Shown here piece after piece: positions 1 to 9,899 of a stretch of DNA of 64,000 nt. The position numbers and the translations under genes are program-made. The stretch lies in the IMG/VR virus record IMGVR_UViG_3300025881_000013; one strand, given 5' to 3'. This DNA comes from an uncultured virus (IMG/VR IMGVR_UViG_3300025881_000013). Taxonomy: Duplodnaviria; Heunggongvirae; Uroviricota; Caudoviricetes. The notes beneath the pieces are model-generated. The model saw nothing but the letters and a program-made list of their open reading frames with translations. It ran no database searches and was not told the DNA's origin. The stretch's first letter is position 1. Each line of letters opens with the position of its first letter.

Positions 1-170
1 ATTAAATCAAATTCTGTTCTATATTGTCCTTCAATATCTACATATGAACCATAAAATCCACTGCTAATATAGTTATCAACCCCATCCTCGTTATTCACGG
101 GGACAGGGGAAACTACAGATTTGGATTTCTTTTCTGTATCATCAATAGAAAAACCAAAAAGTTTTGCCAT
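1..170 (-). CDS. gp20: Portal vertex protein gp20 (N-terminal part; runs off window)
   Basis: Manual translation from ATG at 170: MAKLFGFSIDDTEKKSKSVVSPVPVNNEDGVDNYISSGFYGSYVDIEG; typical cyanophage gp20 N-terminus, directly after gp19. Confidence 0.9.
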   Translation of the reverse strand, partial: MAKLFGFSIDDTEKKSKSVVSPVPVNNEDGVDNYISSGFYGSYVDIEGQYRTEFDL

Positions 171-203
171 ATTATAAACTAACTTAGACTACTATTTTAT
201 TAT

Positions 204-803
204 TTAGGTAATATCTTCACCACCTGCTTGAGCAGCTGTTCCTCTAAATGCTTCCCAATAATGAACTTGCATTTCTACGGTAAACTCCTGAATAGTATCA
301 GTTGTATCGTAACTCAAATCAATTGTAGAAAGATTAGTCGGGAAAATATCCCAGAACTTATAGGATCTTAGAAGAGAACCATCACGATCAAGTTGTTTAA
401 CAACAGCATCTTTTTGATATAGTGCTGGATTTGCAATTCCAGTTCCATCACTCATTTTGTTAATAATATTCATCCATTTTTCGAAAGCAGAACGAATGGA
501 GAAATCAACATCATTCATAACCGTGATTGTCCAGGTTTCGAATGTTCTATCTCCAGCAATTTTAAGGATACGACCTCTAAAGGGAATATCAATATTTGCA
601 ATTGTAGAGGCAGGCAATGCTGCTGCCTTTACAAGAAATCTTGCTTTTTCTAAAACTTCAGATTCATTATCTGGTTTAGCAGCACTTGGAAATGCTAATT
701 CAACTTCAAATAGATTGGGTCTTGCACCACCACCAGTCAGTTTACTTTTAAAATCACTGATAGTTCTTAATGGTGCGGTATTTCGTTGTTGGCGACTAGG
801 CAT
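204..803 (-). CDS. gp19: Tail tube protein gp19
   Basis: GGARPNLFEV, PFRGRILKIAGDRTFETWTITV motifs; follows gp18. Confidence 0.95.
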   Translation of the reverse strand: MPSRQQRNTAPLRTISDFKSKLTGGGARPNLFEVELAFPSAAKPDNESEVLEKARFLVKAAALPASTIANIDIPFRGRILKIAGDRTFETWTITVMNDVDFSIRSAFEKWMNIINKMSDGTGIANPALYQKDAVVKQLDRDGSLLRSYKFWDIFPTNLSTIDLSYDTTDTIQEFTVEMQVHYWEAFRGTAAQAGGEDIT

Positions 804-824
804 TTTTTTCTTTTAACCTCTAAA

Positions 825-3026
825 TTAAACGTTACCGATTACTTCATTAAATGAAACACCAGTTCTGGTGGCAACAAATGTAAGACCAATGAAGTTGATT
901 GATCTTGCAGGTTTGATGAAGATTTCTGCCACAAACTCGTTATTATCTATAATTGCAGCAGTGTTATTTGTTTCATCGCAAATAACAACATAATCTTGAA
1001 TACCTCGTTTTGCCTGAACATCACGGAGGAATGGTTCAACAATATTTACAAAATTGGTTCTTGTAATTTCATCGTTGAACTCGAAGAGTTGGTCCCTTGC
1101 GGCAGCAGAAATTGAATCCTCAAGGAAGATAAACAATCTACGAACGTTAATACGATCAAACGCTGATGATTTTGCAAGTGCAGTCTTATCTCCAAATAGT
1201 GTAATACCACCACCGGGTGAAACAATAACTGGATTGATTCTTGCGGAATACAACCGATCTCTTTGTGTTTGAGAAGGATTATAAGTCAGTTTAACTGCAT
1301 TGAGAACTGCACCTCTTGTAGTTCCAGCAGGTGAGAACCATGGGAAGTTATCAATATCATTACGAGCACAAATACCGGCAATGTCTCCATTTAATGGGAT
1401 ATAACGGAAGGTGTTTGCAAATCTATCATACATGTACTTATATCCACTATCAAAGATTGCATAAGATGATGATGTTAGTGGTGAGAAGAATTCTAATATA
1501 TTTTCAGTGATAGTTTCATCATTATTAACTGTAACAGATCCTGCAGCAGTATCAATAATGAATGCTTTTCTATATGGAGAGATAAACGCAAGAGAATCTT
1601 TTCTCAGATTAGCAACTGCAATTAATTTATTTGCAAGTGCCTGTGCGGTTTCTTTTTCATAATTTGCAGATCCCATCATGAGGAAATCTACTTTATAATT
1701 CTCTGTGTTTTCAAATAAACTATATCCGGCAACTAATTTGTTTAGATCGACCGAAAGTGCTCCACTACCACTGATTGTAGACCCTCCATCATAATTCTTA
1801 CCACCTTCCATAACACCATTGGATTTACCAATAGTCTTAAAGATAGTTCCTTCTGCTTCTTTGTCCCAACTTCCTCCAGTAACTGGAGTAAATCCACCGG
1901 CAGCAAATCCGATATCAACAGTTCCAGATGGCTCATCACCACCAAAAACAAATGCTGAATTTGTTTTTAGATAAGATCTCCAATAAGAAGGTGATCCTGC
2001 AGAATATTCTGCATCAGTCGCTTTGGAAAGATTAAGATGTTTTTCAAGAATTGTTCCTGCATTTCCAGTAACTTTACCATCACCATCAATAATTACAACA
2101 TGAACCTCATCAAATCTTGCTCCTCTATCAGCAGCATATTGTGAAGTTCCTGGTTTATCTCCAACAGTATTCCAAGGTTGAGTTGTAGTAACTGTCGATC
2201 CACCAACGGTTGAAGTAGAAATTGCTACCGTTTGTTGTGAGAACCAATCCTGTCTTGCAGTATATGCAGTAGATCCAAACGATGCTGCTGTAGAAGCAGT
2301 ATGAATTGCTACATTTCCAGTATTAGTGAATGCAAAAACTCCACCCTCCTGATAGTCTTTAGCAGTTTCAGTTGCTCCATCAACTTGTGAAAGAACTTTA
2401 ACACTGATTTGTCCAACACCAACTTCGGTAATCATACCTTTAAGGTGTCCAGTAAGTGCTGTTGTTGTTCCTGCACCAATATCAGTTTTTCCGACTAAGG
2501 TTTGGGTAATACCCATTCCAACTGCAATATTAGAAGCTCCACCATTGATTCCTGTAGTATCAATTCCGGTAAGAACCTGATCTGCCTTTGCGTCGATAAT
2601 ACCGATTCTAATTCCATCTGCCCAAGATCCTGGATTCTTGGAAACAAATGTTTTACCGGTAATTACATTATCATCGTACTGAAGTTGCTCATAGTGCTCA
2701 ATACTTTTAATTTTAATTGAACTTCCTGTACCAACAAAAGCATTCTGAAGATGATCATCATCTGCTCTAACAATTCTCATCTGAGAACCATATGCAAGAT
2801 ATGATGAAGCAGTGAGCCAATGCTCATAATGCTTATCATTACTATATGGTTTTCCAAAATTATCAAGTAAACCCTTTTCCGATCCTACTATTGTCGGAAG
2901 TTCGACAGGACCTTGTGCAAAAGGAGCAACAAGTCCACCAACTTTCGCAGAAGATGGATCAATTCTTCCTATAGTAAGATCTACTTCCCTTACCCTAATT
3001 CCAGGAGATGCTAAATTTAATGGCAT
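825..3026 (-). CDS. gp18: Tail sheath protein gp18
   Basis: ASPGIRVREVDLT N-terminus, PWFSPAG and FDRINVRRLF C-terminal motifs; start placed at MPLNLAS (3026). Confidence 0.95.
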   Translation of the reverse strand: MPLNLASPGIRVREVDLTIGRIDPSSAKVGGLVAPFAQGPVELPTIVGSEKGLLDNFGKPYSNDKHYEHWLTASSYLAYGSQMRIVRADDDHLQNAFVGTGSSIKIKSIEHYEQLQYDDNVITGKTFVSKNPGSWADGIRIGIIDAKADQVLTGIDTTGINGGASNIAVGMGITQTLVGKTDIGAGTTTALTGHLKGMITEVGVGQISVKVLSQVDGATETAKDYQEGGVFAFTNTGNVAIHTASTAASFGSTAYTARQDWFSQQTVAISTSTVGGSTVTTTQPWNTVGDKPGTSQYAADRGARFDEVHVVIIDGDGKVTGNAGTILEKHLNLSKATDAEYSAGSPSYWRSYLKTNSAFVFGGDEPSGTVDIGFAAGGFTPVTGGSWDKEAEGTIFKTIGKSNGVMEGGKNYDGGSTISGSGALSVDLNKLVAGYSLFENTENYKVDFLMMGSANYEKETAQALANKLIAVANLRKDSLAFISPYRKAFIIDTAAGSVTVNNDETITENILEFFSPLTSSSYAIFDSGYKYMYDRFANTFRYIPLNGDIAGICARNDIDNFPWFSPAGTTRGAVLNAVKLTYNPSQTQRDRLYSARINPVIVSPGGGITLFGDKTALAKSSAFDRINVRRLFIFLEDSISAAARDQLFEFNDEITRTNFVNIVEPFLRDVQAKRGIQDYVVICDETNNTAAIIDNNEFVAEIFIKPARSINFIGLTFVATRTGVSFNEVIGNV

Positions 3027-3060
3027 CTTGTTTGTCCTCGCATCCAAATTTATCTAAAAA

Positions 3061-3068
3061 TATTTATG
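3061..3068 (-). promoter_or_regulatory. T4-type late promoter (CATAAATA) for gp18
   Basis: One mismatch to TATAAATA, about 35 nt upstream of the gp18 start. Confidence 0.65.
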
Positions 3069-3106
3069 AAAAGGGGTATTTTCAGTGGGGAAACCATGCG
3101 TGATAT

Positions 3107-3331
3107 TTACCAATCTGGATATTCCCATACAATTAATTTCTTTTTTTCTTTTTTATTGACTCTTTTCTTTGTACATACTTTACATTCATATGAATATGCA
3201 GATGGTAATGTTCCTCTATCTTTTCGAGTCAAATAAAAATCATCAAGTAAACTTTTGACTTCTCCACATACTCTACATTTGCGATCAAAAAATAATAAAT
3301 GTTCTAGTTCTATCTCATCATCAATGGACAT
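3107..3331 (-). CDS. Small CxxC..CxxC zinc-binding protein downstream of terminase
   Basis: RKCRVCGEVK...FY...YECKVC; start overlaps the gp17 stop. Confidence 0.75.
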   Translation of the reverse strand: MSIDDEIELEHLLFFDRKCRVCGEVKSLLDDFYLTRKDRGTLPSAYSYECKVCTKKRVNKKEKKKLIVWEYPDW

Positions 3332-4977
3332 TACCTATAGTCCCACATATATGAACGATCACCATACTCATCTGCATACCATCTATCCCCCGAATCATCT
3401 ACAAAAGTTGTTTCACCATTAATTCCATCCTCAATAAATCCAAATGGAGCCATGTCCTGATCAATTTGATTTTTTTGCTCTTCATATATTCTTTTTCTTA
3501 CATCATTCTCTGTCATCTCCTTAAAATATTCTTGTGCTACTAACCAGGAAAATATTACAAGACACATTGCCAAGTCATCATTACATCCTTCTTCTGCCTC
3601 AAAAGAATTTCCTTTTTGTGAAAACGTAGTTAGTTCTGATATAATTTCATAATCAGATGCAAGTAATTTATCATCTTCTACAAGAGTTTTGAGATTTGAA
3701 CATCCCAATTTTTTAACTGCCGAAGTTGTGCGAACTCCAAGTTGAGTTTTTTTGCCAGAGAACCCTGTTCCCACTATCTGTCCATTTCTACCTCTCATAG
3801 TTGCCATTAAAATATTTTCATATTCTAAATCATATTGAAGAATACTAGCAACTTGATCACCAATATCATTAACCTCTATCAATAACCAGGATTGATTATA
3901 ACCTTTTGCTACATCAAATATGATATTAGGAAATAGCATTGGTTTGATTTCATTATTTCTATATTTTGCAACTACCTTATAAGGAAACTCTGTGATATCA
4001 AAAACAATAAATGCTGAATAGTCATTACCAAGTCCACGAGCAACGTCAACTGTAATTAGATAATTATGATCCTCAATAGGATTTTCATAAACATCTAATC
4101 CGGCATTTCTTTGTATTGGATCTTCATATACTAAAGTTTTGAGTTTTGATGGGTTGATAAGTGTATTAACAGAACCTAAGAACTCACATTCAAACTCAAC
4201 CCGAAATTGTTGTTCCGATGTGTTTGCAATTGTTTGTTCTTTCCAAACAACATCTCTACCGGGAACTTCTGACCAGTGAACCTCTGTAGGAATATATTCG
4301 TTTTTATTTCTTTCCGCATCATGCCACATACGGTAGAAATGATTCATACCGTGTGGTGTGGATACAATAATTACCTTTGTGCTTTTACCAGAAGTAATAG
4401 TAGGATAAACAGATGCAAAGAAGGAGTCAGCGACATGATTGGGGACGAATGCGAATTCGTCGAGAAATAAGATATTGAACGACATGCCTCGGACAGCACT
4501 CGCAGATGTAGATGATGCCAATATCTTACTGCCATTTTCGAGTTCTATATTTCCTTTATTCCATACCAGAATACCTTGCTGCATCCATTTTGGCAAGTTT
4601 TCGTATGCGGTTGATAATCTTGCTAACAATTCTCTAGCAGTAGATGCTTTGTTTGCCAGAATACCAATGTTTACACTGTCATTGAAAAGTGCATAATGTA
4701 AAAGATATGATACCACAGTAGTAGACTTACCAGTCTGTCGTGGCATCTTGCAGATATTAAATCTATTGTTGTGAAAATTATGAATTAATTTCTCTTGAAA
4801 ATGATATGGATGAAATTGTGTCAAACCTTCATCAAGAGAAACAATTTTAATATAATTGTTTGCAAAATAAACTGGATCTTGTTTACATTTTAGAAACTCA
4901 ATAATTTGATCCTCTGTAAACTCAATCGGAGTATTTGCTTTTTTTAATAATGGATTACCAAGATATACGTCACTCAT
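3331..4977 (-). CDS. gp17: Terminase large subunit gp17
   Basis: YLGNPLLKKAN start, Walker A PRQTGKST, Walker B LFLDEFAF, nuclease DVARG and DDLAM motifs. Confidence 0.97.
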   Translation of the reverse strand: MSDVYLGNPLLKKANTPIEFTEDQIIEFLKCKQDPVYFANNYIKIVSLDEGLTQFHPYHFQEKLIHNFHNNRFNICKMPRQTGKSTTVVSYLLHYALFNDSVNIGILANKASTARELLARLSTAYENLPKWMQQGILVWNKGNIELENGSKILASSTSASAVRGMSFNILFLDEFAFVPNHVADSFFASVYPTITSGKSTKVIIVSTPHGMNHFYRMWHDAERNKNEYIPTEVHWSEVPGRDVVWKEQTIANTSEQQFRVEFECEFLGSVNTLINPSKLKTLVYEDPIQRNAGLDVYENPIEDHNYLITVDVARGLGNDYSAFIVFDITEFPYKVVAKYRNNEIKPMLFPNIIFDVAKGYNQSWLLIEVNDIGDQVASILQYDLEYENILMATMRGRNGQIVGTGFSGKKTQLGVRTTSAVKKLGCSNLKTLVEDDKLLASDYEIISELTTFSQKGNSFEAEEGCNDDLAMCLVIFSWLVAQEYFKEMTENDVRKRIYEEQKNQIDQDMAPFGFIEDGINGETTFVDDSGDRWYADEYGDRSYMWDYR

Positions 4978-4986
4978 AAAATCAAA

Positions 4987-6381
4987 TTAACAATTCCAAG
5001 CTCTTAATGATTTAGACAATCTATCATCACCAGTATTATTGGAGGGTTTTTGCCTCTTCCGCATTCCCTTCATTCTTGCACAAAAACTTTTCCTACGAGG
5101 ATTGCCAACTTTTTTACTAGGTGCTTTCAGATCACTACCAGGATTTTCTCTTTCATAAGACTTGCGTCCTTTTTCATTGAGTCCTCCAGACTTACTCTTA
5201 CCTGATTTTTTAGTCCAGGCAGCACCTTCTCCAAGTTCACTCTTCCAATCAGATTGTTCAAATCTTACCTTTGGTTTTAATTTTTTCTTACCATCAGGAG
5301 AAGGAACAAACACTCCAGTTTCTGGAGATTTCATGTCTACACTATCAATATCACCATCCACATCAGCATCAATTCTTTTTGTTGCCTGAATTGCAAGTTT
5401 CTTCAAGTTACCACCACCAATTCTAGATTCTTCTTTTTCTTCCTTCATTTTTTCACGTTTTGCTTTTGCCTTAGCAAGTAATCTTTGTTTTGCTGCTTCT
5501 CTCTCATCTTTAGGAATAGGAGTTACGGCACCAACTTTTTGATCAACATCACCAACATCATATCCTTCCTTCTTCACACAGTTGTTATAAGTTTTACCAA
5601 ACATCTTTTTGGTTCCTTTCTTCTCATATCCCTTCCAACACTTCTGTCCCTCATCAATCTGTTCTTGCCCACCTTTGATGGGTTCTGGTTTGATAATATC
5701 AACGAACTCATATTCCATTGCCTGAAAATCGTTTCTCCAATCAGAATACTCTACAGACTCTGACTTATTTCCCCAGTTAGCAGCACCAACCTTACGGCAC
5801 TTTACAAGTGCTCCGGAAGCATATGCAGAAGGCCATACAGAATAACGTGACTTAACCTTCTTATAACAGGCATCTTTTTCACCTGCCTTTTCTATTACAG
5901 TTTCTTCAGTCTTCACGTTGATTGCCTTCCCTTTTCTATCTGGATTTGGATCTTGACGTTGCTTTCTATTAAATGCTTTTTTCTCTTCCTTATCATCTAA
6001 ATTTGCGGCCATTTTGCTGGATCCACATTTTGGTTTTGTGGTTTGTCCTGGTTGTTTGGCACAGGGTTTTCCGGCATATTTACCACCCAATTGAACCCAA
6101 CCAGGCTTGCCATCACTAGACCTACTCTTGCCAAACCAGTCACGCAAAGAACTATCACCACTTTTCGATTCACTTACTCCTCCACCATTTCCACCATTCC
6201 CATTACCATTACCATTTCCACCATTTCCATTACCGTTTCCATTATTATCACTATCTTCTCCAGATTCTTCTCCGTTTTCTTTGCGAAGATATCCACCAGA
6301 TGCAACACGATATCCTAATGGAATTCGTTTACACTTTTTATCAGTATAACAGTAATAATATCCTTGCTTACACTTTTTCAT
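4987..6381 (-). CDS. Modular basic Cys-containing protein between terminase genes (probable virion/head-associated)
   Basis: 464-aa ORF of short Lys-rich modules separated by acidic linkers; Asn-Gly repeat; late-promoter-like TCTAAATA at 6407-6414. Confidence 0.75.
   Translation of the reverse strand: MKKCKQGYYYCYTDKKCKRIPLGYRVASGGYLRKENGEESGEDSDNNGNGNGNGGNGNGNGNGGNGGGVSESKSGDSSLRDWFGKSRSSDGKPGWVQLGGKYAGKPCAKQPGQTTKPKCGSSKMAANLDDKEEKKAFNRKQRQDPNPDRKGKAINVKTEETVIEKAGEKDACYKKVKSRYSVWPSAYASGALVKCRKVGAANWGNKSESVEYSDWRNDFQAMEYEFVDIIKPEPIKGGQEQIDEGQKCWKGYEKKGTKKMFGKTYNNCVKKEGYDVGDVDQKVGAVTPIPKDEREAAKQRLLAKAKAKREKMKEEKEESRIGGGNLKKLAIQATKRIDADVDGDIDSVDMKSPETGVFVPSPDGKKKLKPKVRFEQSDWKSELGEGAAWTKKSGKSKSGGLNEKGRKSYERENPGSDLKAPSKKVGNPRRKSFCARMKGMRKRQKPSNNTGDDRLSKSLRAWNC
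6180..6246. repeat. Low-complexity coding repeat (Asn-Gly, CCATT[A/T]) within the 464-aa ORF
   Basis: ccaccatttccaccattcccattaccattaccatttcc... encodes NNGNGNGNGGNGNGNGNGGNGGG. Confidence 0.8.
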
Positions 6382-6395
6382 CGATGAAAAGTAGT

Positions 6396-6824
6396 CTATT
6401 CTTTATTATTTAGAAAACCTTGCTTGAGCATTTTTTGAAGTTCTGATGTAGAACCAACAAAGACTGCATTATTAGTAACATTATTTGTGGTTTTTTTAGT
6501 TTCGTCTTCTACATCCTTAAGTTTCTTCTGCAAGTCAATCAATTTATCAGTAGTATCTGCAACACTCTTAATCAACTGCCCTGCGACCTCGTATGCCCTT
6601 GGACTGCCTCCTTCCCCTGCTACCTCCATAATGCCGTTGATTGCCTCCTGACCCTTCTCTATAAGGGAGTAGAGGTTCGCACGACTATAAACATAATCCT
6701 TCTCTATATCATCATCCTTAGATTTTATAATCTCTGGTTTTTTGATTGGTTTTGGCTCCACAATATCACTATCAATATTCAGAGCCTCATCGATTGAATC
6801 ATAATTATTATTCATAACAATCAA
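6396..6824 (-). CDS. gp16: Terminase small subunit gp16
   Basis: DYVYSRANLY, SPRAYEVAGQLIK, NNAVFVGSTSELQKML motifs; position between gp15 and gp17. Confidence 0.9.
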   Translation of the reverse strand: MIVMNNNYDSIDEALNIDSDIVEPKPIKKPEIIKSKDDDIEKDYVYSRANLYSLIEKGQEAINGIMEVAGEGGSPRAYEVAGQLIKSVADTTDKLIDLQKKLKDVEDETKKTTNNVTNNAVFVGSTSELQKMLKQGFLNNKE

Positions 6825-7624
6825 ATATCCTCTTGTCTAGTAGGACTATACTCCTTAGAATCTGGTAAGAAAGACCATTCTTCGGTAAATCCAAAGTCAT
6901 CACTTGGATCTGCGGTAATTGGATCGACAGAAGCAACATATCTCATTTCACGTTTTGCGGTCTTTGTATCTGTGCTCGAAGAAATATCAGCTTGAACCTT
7001 ACGAATAAGACCTTCGGAAGTTTCAGCAATAGAACCGAACAGATAAGTTTTAGCAGTAAATCTTAAAGTATAAATTAATGCTCTTCTCGTTTGGAATGAT
7101 CCTTCATAATCATCTTGAAAATCAATACTATCGAGAACAATTGGAATATCTCTTTTCTCTCCAATAGAACTGGCTAAATCTACAGTCAAATTAAATGATG
7201 GTTGAAAAAATGGAAGTATCTGCTCAATAATTTGAAGAGCATCATCATTTAACTTACTGAAAATATTAAGTTCAAATCCAATATTATATGGAACCGGCAT
7301 AAAAACTTTTTTTGTTTTATTATCAGTAGTATCGTTTGCCTTAAATGTTTGAGTAACTCCAGTTTTTCTAGTCGAATCATATTGAATTGTGGTCATCTCA
7401 AATGACATTCTAGGAAGAGTAATTGCAACAGATTTTGTTAATTGCTCTTGCTGTTCAATTTTTGCAAGAAATTTTTGCATTGGTCCATAAGAAAGACCAA
7501 CTTTTGTTTCATCTAAAATGCTACCATCTTTCTTTGTATGTCTAATAGAAATATCATTAAACAACGTTCCAAAACTAATAATAGTTTTTCTTATAATTTC
7601 GTGATAAAAATATGTTCCTAGCAT
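6821..7624 (-). CDS. gp15: Tail sheath stabiliser/terminator gp15
   Basis: YFYHEIIRK, LPRMSFE, PVPYNI, QIIEQILPFFQP motifs. Confidence 0.93.
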   Translation of the reverse strand: MLGTYFYHEIIRKTIISFGTLFNDISIRHTKKDGSILDETKVGLSYGPMQKFLAKIEQQEQLTKSVAITLPRMSFEMTTIQYDSTRKTGVTQTFKANDTTDNKTKKVFMPVPYNIGFELNIFSKLNDDALQIIEQILPFFQPSFNLTVDLASSIGEKRDIPIVLDSIDFQDDYEGSFQTRRALIYTLRFTAKTYLFGSIAETSEGLIRKVQADISSSTDTKTAKREMRYVASVDPITADPSDDFGFTEEWSFLPDSKEYSPTRQEDI

Positions 7625-9051
7625 TAATAAGTACCAAATGGATTTGATTCTGAAAAGTCTAATATATTGTCTGCTCCTAATTCAAATTCTTCATTCGAAT
7701 CATATGGATTATCATAACTTTCTAAATTATGTTCCTTGACAACATATGTAGCTGATGAAATTTCTCCCACAATAGTTTCACCAACATAAAATTTTCCCGT
7801 ATTCAATGAAACTCTTAAGTTGACTGGTGGATCTATTGTGCTAACAGTAGTATCTCTTCTAAAATCTCTAACTACTGCTGTCAGACCTGATGTCTGTCCA
7901 GTAACCTTCTCATTATATAAGAATGTACCGACACCAACAGTAGAAAATGCACTAAAAGATACTTCCGGTGCTTGCGTATATCCAATTCCTGGATTCAAAA
8001 TTCTCAAAGATTCAATTTTATTACTAGAATTGATTGCAGCAATTGCTGTTGCAGTAATTCCTACACCAGGACTACCAATAACAACTTGAGGAGTAGTCGC
8101 ATATCCCGCTCCAACATTGGATACAACAAGAGAATTGACACTAAACTGAGTTCCTCCAACTGAACATGTAGCAGTTGCTCCTGTGCCACCACCACCACTT
8201 ATTGTTATTGTAGGTGGGGATGTATATCCACTTCCACCATTGGTTAATTCTAATCTAAGAATAGATTGGACATTTAATATAGAAGTCGTTACTGCTACTG
8301 CCGTTGCCGTATTTACTCCTATATTTGGACTTGAAAAGGTTACCGTAGGAATAGAAGTATACCCACTACCATCATTATTTAAGAATATTTCGCTAATAGC
8401 ATTATTACTAATTGTTGCCGTTGCAACAGCAGTAGCAGCAATTCCTGTAAGAACAATGGTCGAAATATATCCTTCGTCTTCTACAGTATTGTCAACTTCT
8501 TCAATATTAGTATCGACAAGTTCATTTTCATATTCATAAAGTTCGCAACTTAACTCATAAACATAATTAGTTCCCAATTGATAAAATGGTTTTTCTGATT
8601 CAACTCTTTTAATCTCAAATAATCTTTCACCAAGAGGAAAATAGATCAGATCACCTTCTTTAGGTCTAGCAATCAAATCTGCAAAGTCATATTCTAAAAT
8701 TAAACCATCTTTAATACCTGCAGATATGCCTTCTAGAAATGGTGCAATGAATTCTTGATATCTATCTCTTGAGATAGTTAAATTTATTTCATTTTTTAAT
8801 CTCAATCCAAACTTTGTCATGATGTCACTATCGGGAGCATATCCATCATAATTATTCAGATATGCTTCTATCAGAAAACTATCATCAAATTTTGACGATT
8901 GTATTTCTCTAATAATATCATCGGTCTTAAAAATTTTTCTAGGAAGATAATAAACTTCTATACCATAAATTTTTAATTGCTCATTTATTATATCTTGAAC
9001 AAGAAATTGTTCATTTGTAGATCCTTGAAGAAAAAATGGATTTAATGCCAT
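7624..9051 (-). CDS. gp14: Neck protein gp14 (with inserted GSGYT beta-repeat region)
   Basis: MALNPFF, RPKEGDLIYFPL, PFYQLG, DFSESNPFG motifs. Confidence 0.92.
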   Translation of the reverse strand: MALNPFFLQGSTNEQFLVQDIINEQLKIYGIEVYYLPRKIFKTDDIIREIQSSKFDDSFLIEAYLNNYDGYAPDSDIMTKFGLRLKNEINLTISRDRYQEFIAPFLEGISAGIKDGLILEYDFADLIARPKEGDLIYFPLGERLFEIKRVESEKPFYQLGTNYVYELSCELYEYENELVDTNIEEVDNTVEDEGYISTIVLTGIAATAVATATISNNAISEIFLNNDGSGYTSIPTVTFSSPNIGVNTATAVAVTTSILNVQSILRLELTNGGSGYTSPPTITISGGGGTGATATCSVGGTQFSVNSLVVSNVGAGYATTPQVVIGSPGVGITATAIAAINSSNKIESLRILNPGIGYTQAPEVSFSAFSTVGVGTFLYNEKVTGQTSGLTAVVRDFRRDTTVSTIDPPVNLRVSLNTGKFYVGETIVGEISSATYVVKEHNLESYDNPYDSNEEFELGADNILDFSESNPFGTY

Positions 9052-9056
9052 ACTAA

Positions 9057-9899
9057 TTATCCAATAAAATCAAGAGGTGGTAATTCATATTCAGAAGACA
9101 TCCTCTGCTTTATATCTTCTAATTCTCTTTGACCATCTTCAAATATTGCACGGCCATTGAGTTCAATTCCTCCTGGAAGTTTTACTCCCTGAAATTTAAT
9201 TAAATTTTGTCCCCATTGTTTCTTTATTAATGCAGTAAGATACTTTTTAACAAAACTATCATTATAAACTTGAGAAAAACTTTCAGGATCAAGTGCTCGA
9301 TAGCATTCGAGAACAAGATATGTATCTTTAGATTGTGCTCCCCAATCAATATCTAGATACAATCTATCTTGCCTTTTATTAAATCTTACCTGTTTTTCTG
9401 TCGTCAGTAAAAAATCAATATCTTCCAAATAAGATTTGGTCATTGCATATGTTAGTAAATCAACTGAATTGAAATAATAAAGATCATTCAAAAACAATTG
9501 ATACTTAATACTAAACATTCCCCCGGAGATTGTGCTAGTATCAAACTTAAATATTTTTTCAACTCCTATAACAGAGTTTGGAACTTGAATATAGTTTGAA
9601 GTCTCATAAAAATTAAATGTTGTTGTTCCAAAACCAACAACATTTGCAGTTCCGGTTGTTGTTACAATACCTACTCCATCTGTTCCCTTGGCTCTTCCTC
9701 TATCAATATCATCTTGAGTAATTTTATACTTAAGATACATTTTCTCAACACCATCATAATGTCTTTCATTAAAGTATTGAATAGTATCATCAACTAAATC
9801 ATCAATCTGCTCATCAGCTACATTTATTTCTAAAACTGGTGCTCCAAGTTGTCTTAGGCAATAATCAATAAGTCCTTGTCTAGTGCTAGGTTTTGCCAT
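9057..9899 (-). CDS. gp13: Neck protein gp13
   Basis: YCLRQLGAPVLEINV, QWGQNLIKF, LPGGIELNG motifs. Confidence 0.95.
   Translation of the reverse strand: MAKPSTRQGLIDYCLRQLGAPVLEINVADEQIDDLVDDTIQYFNERHYDGVEKMYLKYKITQDDIDRGRAKGTDGVGIVTTTGTANVVGFGTTTFNFYETSNYIQVPNSVIGVEKIFKFDTSTISGGMFSIKYQLFLNDLYYFNSVDLLTYAMTKSYLEDIDFLLTTEKQVRFNKRQDRLYLDIDWGAQSKDTYLVLECYRALDPESFSQVYNDSFVKKYLTALIKKQWGQNLIKFQGVKLPGGIELNGRAIFEDGQRELEDIKQRMSSEYELPPLDFIG

Noticed and set aside
3331..4977. Intein or intron in terminase or other core genes
   Set aside because: ORFs are continuous and of ordinary cyanophage length, with no splicing or homing-endonuclease motifs.
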